A stretch of DNA of 31,944 nucleotides from a virus. Taxonomy: Duplodnaviria; Caudoviricetes. The stretch is taken from positions 1 through 31,944 of the IMG/VR virus record IMGVR_UViG_3300032320_002027. One strand, given 5' to 3'. The notes below the pieces were generated by a model. That model made no database searches, was not told the origin of the DNA, and saw only the letters and a list, made by a program, of their open reading frames with translations. This document shows, piece after piece, positions 1 through 8,136 of the stretch (position 1 is its first letter; each line of letters begins with the position of its first letter). A program made the position numbers and the translations under genes.

Positions 1-123
1 ATCCAAGGAAGGGGATACACGCGATGGACGCTGAAACGCAATCGGTCCTGGAGAGGCTGGGCAAAGCCGACGTGTTCGCGGATACGCCGAAGGAAACCCA
101 CGACACGATGGACGCCGCGGCGG
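1..123. repeat. Terminal direct repeat, left copy (identical to 31822-31944); indicates a circularly complete contig
   Basis: The first 123 nt are identical to the last 123 nt, and the ORF starting MDAETQ appears in both copies. Confidence 0.95.
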
Positions 124-275
124 CTGAAATCGCCAGGCTATCGCGCGCGGTGGAGCATTGGCGCGGAGCGTGGGAAGCGACGCTGAAACAGAACATGGAC
201 GCCCGCGAGGCTCTGCGCGCCGCTGGTATCGACGCGGACGCGCGCCGACAGTATTCGGAGGCTGGCAATGGCTGA
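24..275 (+). CDS. Hypothetical coiled-coil protein, 83 aa
   Basis: AAGGAAGGGG SD-like run upstream; overlaps the neighbouring ORFs on both sides across the circular join. Confidence 0.65.
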   Translation: MDAETQSVLERLGKADVFADTPKETHDTMDAAAAEIARLSRAVEHWRGAWEATLKQNMDAREALRAAGIDADARRQYSEAGNG

Positions 276-747
276 AGACGAACTGCGCGCGCTGATTTCG
301 CGCGCCCGCGAGGGCGGCGGGCTGTTCGCCTCAGATTCCGAAGTCCTCGCGATGGCTGCGAAGGCGGAAGAACTGCTGGGCGTTTCCGAACGGCTGCGCG
401 AACAGTTGGACGCGTCGAACAGGCTGGCGACCGCGCTTATCCGCGTCGGTCGCCTGGAAGCGGAACTGGAGACGGCGCGCGAACGCCTCTCCGTCGAAAT
501 GGACCGCTTCGACACGCTGGCGGAACTGGTCGGGGAATGCGGCTTCCGCCTGGGGGCTGTGGAACTTGACGCCACGGAGTTCGCCGCGCCTGGGCTGGAC
601 GGCGAACCAGACTGGGCGCGCGCGTGGCGCGAAACCGTAGACGCGCACCTTGCGCGCATGGAGAGTGCGGAATACCTGGGAAGACTCACGGACCCGAGCG
701 GTTCAGAAACGACGGAACACGATGGACCAGATTGCACCGACCGTTAA
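268..747 (+). CDS. Hypothetical coiled-coil protein, 159 aa
   Basis: GGAGG upstream, overlaps the preceding ORF, E/L/R heptad-rich. Confidence 0.65.
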   Translation: MAEDELRALISRAREGGGLFASDSEVLAMAAKAEELLGVSERLREQLDASNRLATALIRVGRLEAELETARERLSVEMDRFDTLAELVGECGFRLGAVELDATEFAAPGLDGEPDWARAWRETVDAHLARMESAEYLGRLTDPSGSETTEHDGPDCTDR

Positions 748-1048
748 CGTTTGCTGGCGTATCAATCCCGATTCGGAGTTGTCCGCGCTGCTGCGCGGCT
801 ACGGCGTACGCCGCCTGGCGGGCGAAGTGGGCGTCTCTCCCCAGACGGTTTCGAACTGGGTTTCGGGTAGCGTCACGATGGAGGACGCGGACCTGGTCAA
901 AGTCTGCGCCCGCGTCGGCGTCCGCGTACCGAACGTCCGCTACGCCCAGGGCGCGCCGACGGCGGGGACTCGCGCTGCGCCGCGCCTCCGCTTCGTAGAC
1001 GCCATGATCCGCAAGCGCGCCGCCGCGCGGGCTGGCGGTCCCGAATGA
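722..1048 (+). CDS. Cro/CI (XRE)-type helix-turn-helix protein
   Basis: VRRLAGEVGVSPQTVSNWVSG fits the XRE HTH pattern; ATG at 722 chosen as start. Confidence 0.75.
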   Translation: MDQIAPTVNVCWRINPDSELSALLRGYGVRRLAGEVGVSPQTVSNWVSGSVTMEDADLVKVCARVGVRVPNVRYAQGAPTAGTRAAPRLRFVDAMIRKRAAARAGGPE

Positions 1049-1401
1049 CGCGCGACATACGCGCGGCTGCGCCCGTGGAACCCGCCCTGCCGCTGTTCGC
1101 GCTGGAGGAACCACCACGGCGCACGGCGCGCCAGCGGACGCGCTGGGCGACCCAGGACGAAGCGTTCGCGGCTGCGCCTGGAGGCGTCGCGCAACGCATC
1201 CTGGATTCGCTCCGCGCGGACGGTCCAGCGACGTGCGACGAACTGGAACAACGGTTGACGCTGTCTCACCAGACGGCGTCGGCATCGGTGAACCACCTTA
1301 TGCGGGCTGGTATCCTGGTCGCCAGCGGTTCGCGACCCACGCGAAGCGGACGGAGGGCGCGGGTATGGGAGATTTCAAGCGAACGCCAGAGCCGCCCGTG
1401 A
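1045..1401 (+). CDS. Winged helix-turn-helix DNA-binding protein
   Basis: ILDSLRADGPATCDELEQRLTLSHQTASASVNHLMRAGIL followed by a wing RPTRSGRRARVW; ATGA overlap with the upstream gene. Confidence 0.75.
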   Translation: MTRDIRAAAPVEPALPLFALEEPPRRTARQRTRWATQDEAFAAAPGGVAQRILDSLRADGPATCDELEQRLTLSHQTASASVNHLMRAGILVASGSRPTRSGRRARVWEISSERQSRP

Positions 1402-1730
1402 TGACGCGCCAGCGCGTACGCGACGCCGTGCGGCTTATCGCCGCCGCGCCGCAACAGGCGCGCGGCGGCAACAGGACCGAAACCGACAGGCTGCGACGGC
1501 TGCTGGACGAACAGGAACGAATGTTAATCGTCGCCGCGCTGCGCGAGGTCGTGACGCCTCCGCAGTCCTGGACCGACATAGCCACGGAACTGCGCTGCGC
1601 GCATTCCTCCGCGATGAAGGAATGGGAACGATGGGAGGCGATGCCCTGGCGCGACCGCGCGAATTGGCTGGACCTGGTCGAACGGGTCGTGATTGAAACG
1701 GAGAAACGGAATGGCGTGGCGGCACGGTAG
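1401..1730 (+). CDS. HTH protein resembling DnaA domain IV/TrpR-like fold
   Basis: TGATG coupling at 1399-1403; ERMLIVAALRE...SWTDIATELRCAHSSA resembles the DnaA C-terminal S-x-x-x-I-G...H-S/T-T/S motif. Confidence 0.55.
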   Translation: MTRQRVRDAVRLIAAAPQQARGGNRTETDRLRRLLDEQERMLIVAALREVVTPPQSWTDIATELRCAHSSAMKEWERWEAMPWRDRANWLDLVERVVIETEKRNGVAAR

Positions 1731-1797
1731 CGCGGGACAATGCGACCGCGACTCCCAGGATTGCACGGAAGCGAACGTGCGCGCGAACGCGCGGACT

Positions 1798-1965
1798 ATG
1801 TATTTCCACGCGCGCGTCCGCGTCACGCTTCCTACCGATGCCCCAGACGAACAGGTATTGGACGCCGTCCTGGCGCAGATACGGCGACTCCCAGAACTGT
1901 CCACGGACGCCCTGGCGCGGCTCAGAGCCGATACCGCGCCTCTGGGAGAAGTCCAGGGACACTAG
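1798..1965 (+). CDS. Small hypothetical protein, 55 aa
   Basis: Fills the gap before the first cassette and has protein-like composition; start uncertain. Confidence 0.35.
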   Translation: MYFHARVRVTLPTDAPDEQVLDAVLAQIRRLPELSTDALARLRADTAPLGEVQGH

Positions 1966-2003
1966 CACGGACGCGGGCTGCGCCACGGACGGCGCATTTC
2001 CAC

Positions 2004-2118
2004 GAAATCTTGGGAAATCGTCCAACACGGCTTGACAGCGAGCCGATGCCGACTATCTTTCCCGTGTCGCAAGTCGCGACAGGCAAGCGCAGCCGATGCG
2101 CAGAGAACGGAACGCACG
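2004..2118 (+). promoter_or_regulatory. Repeated promoter + structured leader, copy 1
   Basis: GTCCA 2020-24, TTGACA 2032-37, 16 bp, TATCTT 2054-59; hairpin TGTCGC-AAGTC-GCGACA 2065-81; GGC-AA-GCGCA-GCCGA-TGCGC 2082-2101. Confidence 0.9.
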
Positions 2119-2526
2119 ATGAACCAGAACACGAACAACGCCGCCGCCACGAAGGTCGTTCCCGCTAACTCCCGTTTCTTCACCCCGACGGCTGTCTCTG
2201 GCGTGGTCGTGTTCGTCAAGCCCGTAACGGAAATGGTTCACCGTACGAAGCGTCGCAACGGTTCGCTTCGCACCTACGGTCCGCGCTATATGCGCCTCCG
2301 CGTCCTGGTCCGCACGGACGAAGGCTGGACCCTGGCGGGGACCATTGGCAAGGCGTCGCACCACTCCGAAGTCCCCGACGTGCGCGTGGGCGACCGTATC
2401 CAGGTGGAGCCGATTGTGCTGTCCCGCAGTTACGGACAGGTCGAAGCCTGGGATAAGGGAATCTACTCCCCCGCGCACCTCTGCCGCACTCTCCGCGGCA
2501 AGGTGACCCGCGCCCGCCAGGCGTGA
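2119..2526 (+). CDS. Cassette gene 1, basic beta-rich hypothetical protein, 135 aa
   Basis: Single ORF between promoter/leader copy 1 and a terminator; ACGGA before the ATG. Confidence 0.8.
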   Translation: MNQNTNNAAATKVVPANSRFFTPTAVSGVVVFVKPVTEMVHRTKRRNGSLRTYGPRYMRLRVLVRTDEGWTLAGTIGKASHHSEVPDVRVGDRIQVEPIVLSRSYGQVEAWDKGIYSPAHLCRTLRGKVTRARQA

Positions 2527-2548
2527 GCCGACCCGAGCCGCGACCGCA

Positions 2549-2579
2549 AGCCCGCCGAAAGGCGGGCTGCGTCTTTTTT
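2549..2579 (+). terminator. Intrinsic terminator
   Basis: AGCCCGCC-GAAA-GGCGGGCT followed by GCGTCTTTTTT. Confidence 0.85.
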
Positions 2580-2580
2580 G

Positions 2581-2695
2581 GAAATCCTGCGATTTCGTCC
2601 AACACGGCTTGACAGGTATCCGATGGACGCTATCTTCCCCGTGTCGCCGCTCTGGCGACAGGCACGCGCAGCCGATGCGCTGAATGGAGTCTGCA
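2581..2695 (+). promoter_or_regulatory. Repeated promoter + structured leader, copy 2
   Basis: GAAATC-N4-GATTTC 2581-96, GTCCA 2597-2601, TTGACA 2609-14, TATCTT 2631-36; hairpin TGTCGCC-GCTCT-GGCGACA; GGC-AC-GCGCA-GCCGA-TGCGC. Confidence 0.9.
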
Positions 2696-3007
2696 ATGCT
2701 TCGCCCGTTCTGCAACGAATACTGTTTCTCCGACGTTCACCCGTTCGAAGTGGTCCGCCGCGTGTCCTCCAGTTGCGTGGTGCTGCGCAAGATGCGCGCG
2801 GAACTCGCGCCAGACTGGAAGCCGAACTGGATTCCTGGCGGCTTCGCTGGTCACGTCACGAACCAGGATTCCCAGCGGTGGAACTACGCGTCCGACCCTG
2901 AAGGCGAAGTGGTCCGCGTCCGCTTCACGAAGAACGGCTGGGCGTATAAGCGGCGGAGGTTCGTTATGGAGTCCGTCCCGCGCAAGTTCCACGATTACAA
3001 TTTCTGA
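2696..3007 (+). CDS. Cassette gene 2, hypothetical protein, 103 aa
   Basis: Single ORF between leader and terminator; GGAG SD; aromatic C-terminus FHDYNF. Confidence 0.8.
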   Translation: MLRPFCNEYCFSDVHPFEVVRRVSSSCVVLRKMRAELAPDWKPNWIPGGFAGHVTNQDSQRWNYASDPEGEVVRVRFTKNGWAYKRRRFVMESVPRKFHDYNF

Positions 3008-3015
3008 GGCTCCGA

Positions 3016-3053
3016 GCGACCGAACCCGCCGAAAGGCGGGTCGGTTGTTTTTT
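3016..3053 (+). terminator. Intrinsic terminator
   Basis: ACCCGCC-GAAA-GGCGGGT with extended stem, then TTGTTTTTT. Confidence 0.85.
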
Positions 3054-3055
3054 GG

Positions 3056-3171
3056 GAAATCCCTAGATTTCGTCCAACACGGCTTGACAGCATTCGGGGC
3101 GGTGCTATCTTTCCCGTGTCGCAAGTCGCGACGGGCAAGCGCAGCCGATGCGCACGAAACGGAGTCCAGCC
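3056..3171 (+). promoter_or_regulatory. Repeated promoter + structured leader, copy 3
   Basis: GAAATC-N4-GATTTC, GTCCA 3072-76, TTGACA 3084-89, TG-extended TATCTT 3106-11; same two-part leader as copy 1. Confidence 0.9.
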
Positions 3172-3516
3172 ATGCAAGTCGAAATCACCAACGCCACGTT
3201 CGGAACCAGCGGAACCGCCCTTCGTCACGGAACCGCCGTCGCCCGCGTCACGATCAACGGCGAGACGCGCGAACTTCCCGCCGTCTTCCAGTCGGAGTTC
3301 AACGGCGAAACCACCTGGCGCGTCCACGCTGGCGTCGCCGTGAAGTACCCGAAGGGAGATAAGGTCCACAACGTCGGAATGTGGGTCGAAGTGCGCGCCA
3401 CCGAAACCGTCTATTCGATCATCGCTGGACGCGCCACGATGCGTTCCGCTAGCCCCCGCTGCGTCGGGTTCTTCGATGATTGCGCCAACGCCGCCGCGCG
3501 CACCTTCCGCGCCTGA
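3172..3516 (+). CDS. Cassette gene 3, hypothetical protein, 114 aa
   Basis: Single ORF between leader and terminator; CGGAG SD. Confidence 0.8.
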   Translation: MQVEITNATFGTSGTALRHGTAVARVTINGETRELPAVFQSEFNGETTWRVHAGVAVKYPKGDKVHNVGMWVEVRATETVYSIIAGRATMRSASPRCVGFFDDCANAAARTFRA

Positions 3517-3538
3517 GCCGCGACCAGGACCGACCAGC

Positions 3539-3568
3539 CCGCCCGCCGAAAGGCGGGCGGCTTCGTTT
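3539..3568 (+). terminator. Intrinsic terminator
   Basis: CCGCCCGCC-GAAA-GGCGGGCGG then CTTCGTTT. Confidence 0.75.
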
Positions 3569-3572
3569 CCAG

Positions 3573-3688
3573 GAAACTTGCAGATTTCGTCCAACGCTAC
3601 TTGACACGGTTTCGGATCGCGCTATCTTCTCCGTGTCGGGAGTCCCCGACAGGCAAGCGCAGCCGATGCGCAGAGAATGGAACCCACG
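3573..3688 (+). promoter_or_regulatory. Repeated promoter + structured leader, copy 4
   Basis: GTCCA 3589-93, TTGACA 3601-06, TATCTT 3623-28; hairpin TGTCGGG-AGTC-CCCGACA; GGC-AA-GCGCA-GCCGA-TGCGC. Confidence 0.9.
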
Positions 3689-4003
3689 ATGAACCAGAAC
3701 ACGACCACGACCGCCACCGCCACCGCCACCGCCGCCACCGCCGCCACCGCCGCCCTGGAAGCCGCCCTGGCGGCTTGCATCGCCGCCGACCGCGCCCGCA
3801 ACGCGGCTTCCGACCGCTACGCCGACGCCATCGGCGTGAACTGCGAAGCGCAGCGCATGGGCGCGGACGGAACCTATACCCCGATCCAGGTGGCGCGCGC
3901 CGCCCGCGCGTTCGAAGCCGCGCAGACGGACTACTTCGAAGCCGTGGCGAAGTCCGAGGCGGCGCGGCACTCGCTCCGCGAGGCGGCGAAGCGCGCCCAG
4001 TAA
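3689..4003 (+). CDS. Cassette gene 4, Ala-rich helical protein, 104 aa
   Basis: Single ORF between leader and terminator; N-terminal (ACCGCC)n tract encodes TATATA. Confidence 0.8.
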   Translation: MNQNTTTTATATATAATAATAALEAALAACIAADRARNAASDRYADAIGVNCEAQRMGADGTYTPIQVARAARAFEAAQTDYFEAVAKSEAARHSLREAAKRAQ

Positions 4004-4027
4004 CCGACCCAGCCAGCCAAACGACCG

Positions 4028-4057
4028 ACCGCCCGCCGAAAGGCGGGCGGTTCGTTT
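4028..4057 (+). terminator. Intrinsic terminator
   Basis: ACCGCCCGCC-GAAA-GGCGGGCGGT then TCGTTT. Confidence 0.75.
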
Positions 4058-4071
4058 ACTGGCGGCGTAGG

Positions 4072-4542
4072 ATGCCCCGCGGAGGCGTTCGCAGCGTCGG
4101 GGGCTGTCTGGAGCCGCCCGAGCCGCGGAACGCCGTACGGGGCAAATCCGACGCCCTGGAGCGTTCGACCGTGCCGACGCCGAAACCACCCGCGAAGCCC
4201 CACGCCACCGCCGAAGCCGTAGCCCGTCTGCGCCTGGCGTGGGCGGTCGCCGCCGCGGGGGCTAGGGACGGGCGCATACCGCCCCGCCTGTTGCGCGCGC
4301 TGTTGCCCCAGGACGGCGACCGACGCGCCCTACGCGCCACCCTGCGCGCCGTAGCAGCCTCCGCGCCCGTCCAGCCCCGCGACGCCCTGCGGGTCGCTGC
4401 GCAGCCCGTGCCGTCGGTCGAACTGTTCGACGCGCTTACCGCCGCCGTGGACATGGCGCAGGACGCCACCGAACGCCGAAGCCTGGAGTACGCGCGCGCT
4501 TCGTGCGCCCGCGAACTCTGGGGCATCTCCCCGACGCGGTAG
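4072..4542 (+). CDS. Hypothetical Ala/Arg-rich protein (start uncertain, possibly GTG 4171)
   Basis: Fills the gap up to the convergent tail gene, with stops 3 nt apart; the C-terminal half looks helical. Confidence 0.35.
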   Translation: MPRGGVRSVGGCLEPPEPRNAVRGKSDALERSTVPTPKPPAKPHATAEAVARLRLAWAVAAAGARDGRIPPRLLRALLPQDGDRRALRATLRAVAASAPVQPRDALRVAAQPVPSVELFDALTAAVDMAQDATERRSLEYARASCARELWGISPTR

Positions 4543-4545
4543 CCG

Positions 4546-5925
4546 TCACGAAATCAGGCTATCCAGGATCGTTTCCGCGCCGCCCGTGTTGGCTGGCAAC
4601 AGCAAGCCCCGTTCGTACATACCGAAGAACCGATCCAATTCCGTGTTCCACGCGCCTTCGCCGTTGTTCGTAAGCGTCAGGAACAGCGAGTCGTTTACCG
4701 CCCAGTCGGTCGAACCTGGAAGGACCACGACGCCCGCCCCGCCTGGGGCAATCTGGCGGACTTCCGCCAGTACCAGTTCGTCCAGGTAGAACGTAGCACC
4801 AGCGTTCACCGCGGTCGTTTGCTCTAGCGCAATGTTGATTCCCGACGGGAGGTTCAGCGGCGCGCGGAATACCACGGACTTCCACCCGTACGTCGTTCCC
4901 GTCGTGTAGGGGATCGTAATGGACGCGCCCGAAAGAACCGTACCCGTGTTGGAGTCCTGGAGGGACAGTCGGACTTGCCCAGCCGAGATACCAGCGGAGG
5001 TTCGCGCCGATACTGCGAGAATGTAGAGGCGGTCCGATGCAATCGTGTTCGCCGTGCCAGTCTCGCTTCCGAGTTTCTGGACAATCTTCGCCAGCGTCGC
5101 GCCGTCGCCCAGGAACTTGAACGCGGCTGCGCCGCGATAGAAGACGGACGATTCCTGCGCGAAGTGCGTTCCCGCGGTTCCCGTCGCCACGGTCCAGTAG
5201 TTCGGAACATTGGAGGTGAACGCTTCGAACGATCCGTTGCGAGCAATCTGTTCGTATCGCGCGCCCGTCTCCGCCGCTGGGTTCAAACACGCCATGTCCA
5301 TCCTGGTCCCCGATCCAGCGGGGAAGCGGTAGTCCAGGTTCCCGAACGCGCCAAAGCCGCGAATCTGGAAGATTTCGGAACCAGCCTTGATCCACTTGGA
5401 CTTCGCATCTTCCAGGCAACGCGCTTCAAGCCGTTCGTTCCGTACGTTCGGGAACTGCGTCACCAGCGCATCCAGCGCGAGCGGCGGAGCGACCGAAACC
5501 ACAATCGTCCCGTTGCCCGTGTTGCCAGCGGTGGCGGTGGATGCGCCGAGCGTGATCGTGGTCCCGTCAACCGTCTCGCTCTGGCTGTCCATCTCGCGGA
5601 TAAGGTAGAGAAGAGCCGAGTTCACGTCCTTCGCTGGCAGGACGCCGTAGGAAGAAATCAGCGAGTCTTCGTACGTCATCTCCACCAGCGTGGTTTCCAT
5701 CGCGGATTGGATATCCGCGAGGATCGCGCCAGCCGCGGCAATCTTGGCGTCGATCCCCGCCGCCAGGTCCGCGACCATATAGAGGTCCGCGGACGAATAC
5801 TCCGCCTGGATTGCGGCAATGCGCGTCTTTATGTCCGCCTGGTGAGTGCGGACAGCCTCCGCCAGCCCTGCGAGTTTGCCGAGCCGCGTAAAAAGTCCGT
5901 TCGTTCCGTCAAGGGTCAACGCCAT
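4546..5925 (-). CDS. Tail-tip/receptor-binding-like structural protein with possible carbohydrate-binding beta-sandwich, 459 aa
   Basis: Last gene of the virion operon; GGAGG SD before MALTLDG; NGSFEAF...PNYW and FYLDELVL resemble CBM4/9-like modules. Confidence 0.6.
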   Translation of the reverse strand: MALTLDGTNGLFTRLGKLAGLAEAVRTHQADIKTRIAAIQAEYSSADLYMVADLAAGIDAKIAAAGAILADIQSAMETTLVEMTYEDSLISSYGVLPAKDVNSALLYLIREMDSQSETVDGTTITLGASTATAGNTGNGTIVVSVAPPLALDALVTQFPNVRNERLEARCLEDAKSKWIKAGSEIFQIRGFGAFGNLDYRFPAGSGTRMDMACLNPAAETGARYEQIARNGSFEAFTSNVPNYWTVATGTAGTHFAQESSVFYRGAAAFKFLGDGATLAKIVQKLGSETGTANTIASDRLYILAVSARTSAGISAGQVRLSLQDSNTGTVLSGASITIPYTTGTTYGWKSVVFRAPLNLPSGINIALEQTTAVNAGATFYLDELVLAEVRQIAPGGAGVVVLPGSTDWAVNDSLFLTLTNNGEGAWNTELDRFFGMYERGLLLPANTGGAETILDSLIS

Positions 5926-6184
5926 CGCCAGCCTCCGTTCTAGCCTTATCGGCAAATGGTAACGCCTGGTTCATGGCGGCGCGGCGTTCGGCGCAGTTGC
6001 AGTCTCCCGCCACCGCCTTTACCACGGCTGGTATTCCGACCGCGGAAAGCGCGACGTGGAACACGTCGCCCATTCCGCGAAGCCGCCCCGCGTAGTGGTC
6101 GCACGCGGCGCATTTCTGCGGCGTCGCCTCCCCGCCGACCGCGGCGTGGGCGCATTGTCCCGAACTGTGGAAGGCGCATCCCAT
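5909..6184 (-). CDS. Small Cys-rich protein, 91 aa
   Basis: Six Cys (CxxC, CxC); GMGDVF...DCNCAERRAAMN motif; lies in the tail operon. Confidence 0.7.
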   Translation of the reverse strand: MGCAFHSSGQCAHAAVGGEATPQKCAACDHYAGRLRGMGDVFHVALSAVGIPAVVKAVAGDCNCAERRAAMNQALPFADKARTEAGDGVDP

Positions 6185-6193
6185 GTCGAAAGC

Positions 6194-6985
6194 CTACGCG
6201 CGGGCGAATATTGCCGCCATCGAACCCGTGTAGCGGTACTCCAGCGGATAGAACCCGCCGAACAAACCGTCCGAGCATTCGGGTTGCTTGAATGTCACGT
6301 TGCGGAACTGGATAGGGTCGCCGCTGGACCCTGGACAAATGCCCTTGAACGAACAGAGTTGGTCGGGCTTGAACGTGAACTGGAATATGCGCGACAGAGT
6401 TCCGCGGCTGTTGGATTTCGTATCGTTGCCCGCTGGGTCGCCGCATACATGGCTAAACGAATCGCTATTGACGTTCAGCGACAGACTCCCGTCCAGGCGG
6501 TATCCCGTGAAGTTCAGAGGCGCGCCCGTTTCGTCTGGGAAGCAAATCACGGGACCGCAATAGAGCATCCCCGAGAACGTCCCGCGCTCCGTGTACCGTT
6601 CGCGGTAGTAGATTTCCTCAATTGGACAGAGCGGCAACGGCGGCGGATAGGTCGGGTCCAGGCACTTCGCCGTAGCGATACTGTCGAACGACCAGGTTCC
6701 CGTGAGTTGGTAACGCCAGCCCTGGGAAATACCGTTGTTGAAGTAGAACCGCGGACCCTCCGCATGGAACAGCAGCGAATGCGTGATCGTCTGATCGGGC
6801 TTCGTGCAACATCGGCAACGGACGCCCGTGGATGGCTGCGCGCAAATCGTGTTGTTCAGCGCGTAGAGGGACTGGACGCCATCGATGCGAACGTACTTCG
6901 GCGGGATGACGTTCCCGAAGCATTGCAGATTCAGTTGGTCGCACGGGCTACCCGCGCAGCAACACGCAGCCGCACGGCGTCGCAT
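6194..6985 (-). CDS. Cys-rich putative tail-associated protein, 263 aa
   Basis: TAATG coupling to the upstream gene; N-terminal CCC, about 17 Cys in total. Confidence 0.7.
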   Translation of the reverse strand: MRRRAAACCCAGSPCDQLNLQCFGNVIPPKYVRIDGVQSLYALNNTICAQPSTGVRCRCCTKPDQTITHSLLFHAEGPRFYFNNGISQGWRYQLTGTWSFDSIATAKCLDPTYPPPLPLCPIEEIYYRERYTERGTFSGMLYCGPVICFPDETGAPLNFTGYRLDGSLSLNVNSDSFSHVCGDPAGNDTKSNSRGTLSRIFQFTFKPDQLCSFKGICPGSSGDPIQFRNVTFKQPECSDGLFGGFYPLEYRYTGSMAAIFARA

Positions 6986-7350
6986 TAAGCCCCCGATTCG
7001 TAGCCATAGATGGCGAATGAAGCGGTGTTGGCGGCTGTTGACCTACCGCGCAGTTCGTCGCCCGAGTCCAGCCAGCGCGGCGTCTGGTCGATCAGCACGG
7101 CGTTTGCGTTCAGTCTGGAATCGTAATACTGGGCGTTGCCCGTAGTGCTGGTGTTCCACGGGACAACGTGGTGGAGGCGGAACGTAGCGGCGGTCGCGCT
7201 CACGCTACAGAACACAATCGCGGTAATCGCGCACCGCCTGTCCGATGGACAGGTATACAGCGCGGTATCGGTCGCCGTGAGCAAGCCCGACGCGAGTAGC
7301 CGCGGATTGAACTGTGATCGTTGCGTGGGATTGGTAGGGAATGCCGACAT
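6985..7350 (-). CDS. Putative minor structural protein (beta-sandwich-like), 121 aa
   Basis: AGGTGG SD; T/S-rich with a LYTCP...LDSGDELRG...IYGYE pattern; operon position. Confidence 0.65.
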   Translation of the reverse strand: MSAFPTNPTQRSQFNPRLLASGLLTATDTALYTCPSDRRCAITAIVFCSVSATAATFRLHHVVPWNTSTTGNAQYYDSRLNANAVLIDQTPRWLDSGDELRGRSTAANTASFAIYGYESGA

Positions 7351-7359
7351 TGCACCACC

Positions 7360-8136
7360 TTACGCGCAGACGATTGCGCGGTCGTTCGTGAGTGAGAAGA
7401 ACGGGCGACCAGCCGAATCCAGCGACATGGAAACGACCGTCCCCGACGCTATCGCCTGGTTCGTCTCCGTGACGTTCGCGGGAGGCGGACCGCCGACGCC
7501 AGACACGCAAGCCCGTTCCGCGCCGTTGCGCGCCTTGCCCGTGTTCGCGCTGGTGCGCCCAGCCGCGGTCCACTCCATAGACAGCGGCGAAGCGCGCGAC
7601 ACTTCCTCCCAATCGTATAGCCAGTTCTGGACCGTCTGCGCGCCGCAGCCCGCCGCGGGAGCCGTCAAGGTCGAAGCCGTGATGCGCGCCGCCCAGACGC
7701 CGCCAGACGCGACGCCATTCACGACGATCCAGGCTTGCTTGCCGTCCTTGCGTCGCAGTTTGCGCAGGACCACTACGGAGTCGTTCGGTAGCCGCGTCGG
7801 CGGCGGGTTCGCGCCAGTCCAGGTATAGCGTTCGATTACGAAGGCTGGATCGTATGTCGCGTCGGTGGCTGCGTTGGACTTCGCGCCGCCCGTGCGTTCC
7901 TCCCAGAGATACGGCGCGCCGCCATCGGTCGCCGCCTTCGGAACCACTTCGGTCCAGGTATGCGCGCCGTTGGTGTTGCTTCCCGTGATTCGGGCGACCA
8001 GCATTAAGTCGGCGTCCAGCGCGGTGGAACGCCCAGACAGCAACGGTTTCAGTTTCTCCACCGTGTCGAACAGTTCGTTCAAGTGTTCGAACGACAGCCG
8101 ACCGACGTTGCCAGAGTTGAAGCGCGGTAGCGTCAT
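7360..8136 (-). CDS. Putative minor tail protein with internal duplication, 258 aa
   Basis: Position after tape measure; two ARIT...W-x-EV...W segments. Confidence 0.65.
   Translation of the reverse strand: MTLPRFNSGNVGRLSFEHLNELFDTVEKLKPLLSGRSTALDADLMLVARITGSNTNGAHTWTEVVPKAATDGGAPYLWEERTGGAKSNAATDATYDPAFVIERYTWTGANPPPTRLPNDSVVVLRKLRRKDGKQAWIVVNGVASGGVWAARITASTLTAPAAGCGAQTVQNWLYDWEEVSRASPLSMEWTAAGRTSANTGKARNGAERACVSGVGGPPPANVTETNQAIASGTVVSMSLDSAGRPFFSLTNDRAIVCA

Noticed and set aside
1-123. Biological terminal repeat of the packaged genome
   Set aside because: An exact 123-nt overlap running through coding sequence is more simply an assembler circularisation overlap; read data would be needed.
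2087-2101. Plain lambdoid boxB hairpin (5-bp stem with G-N-N-R-A pentaloop, similar to P22 boxB)
   Set aside because: No boxA or N-like gene was recognised, and the loop covaries with the upstream linker, which favours a pseudoknot. Kept only as an alternative hypothesis.
2065-2101. Known riboswitch or self-cleaving ribozyme
   Set aside because: I could not see the conserved cores of hammerhead, HDV-like, twister, preQ1, SAM-II or guanidine-III RNAs; an Rfam search is still needed.
3703-3753. (ACCGCC)n tract as a phase-variation switch
   Set aside because: The units are multiples of 3 and only change the length of a Thr/Ala linker.
2004-4057. CRISPR array or integron attC array
   Set aside because: The units are about 500 bp with their own promoters and terminators, the repeats are degenerate, and I found no cas or integrase gene and no attC-type ends.
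4546-6985. Diversity-generating retroelement acting on tail genes
   Set aside because: No reverse transcriptase and no template/variable repeat pair was seen.
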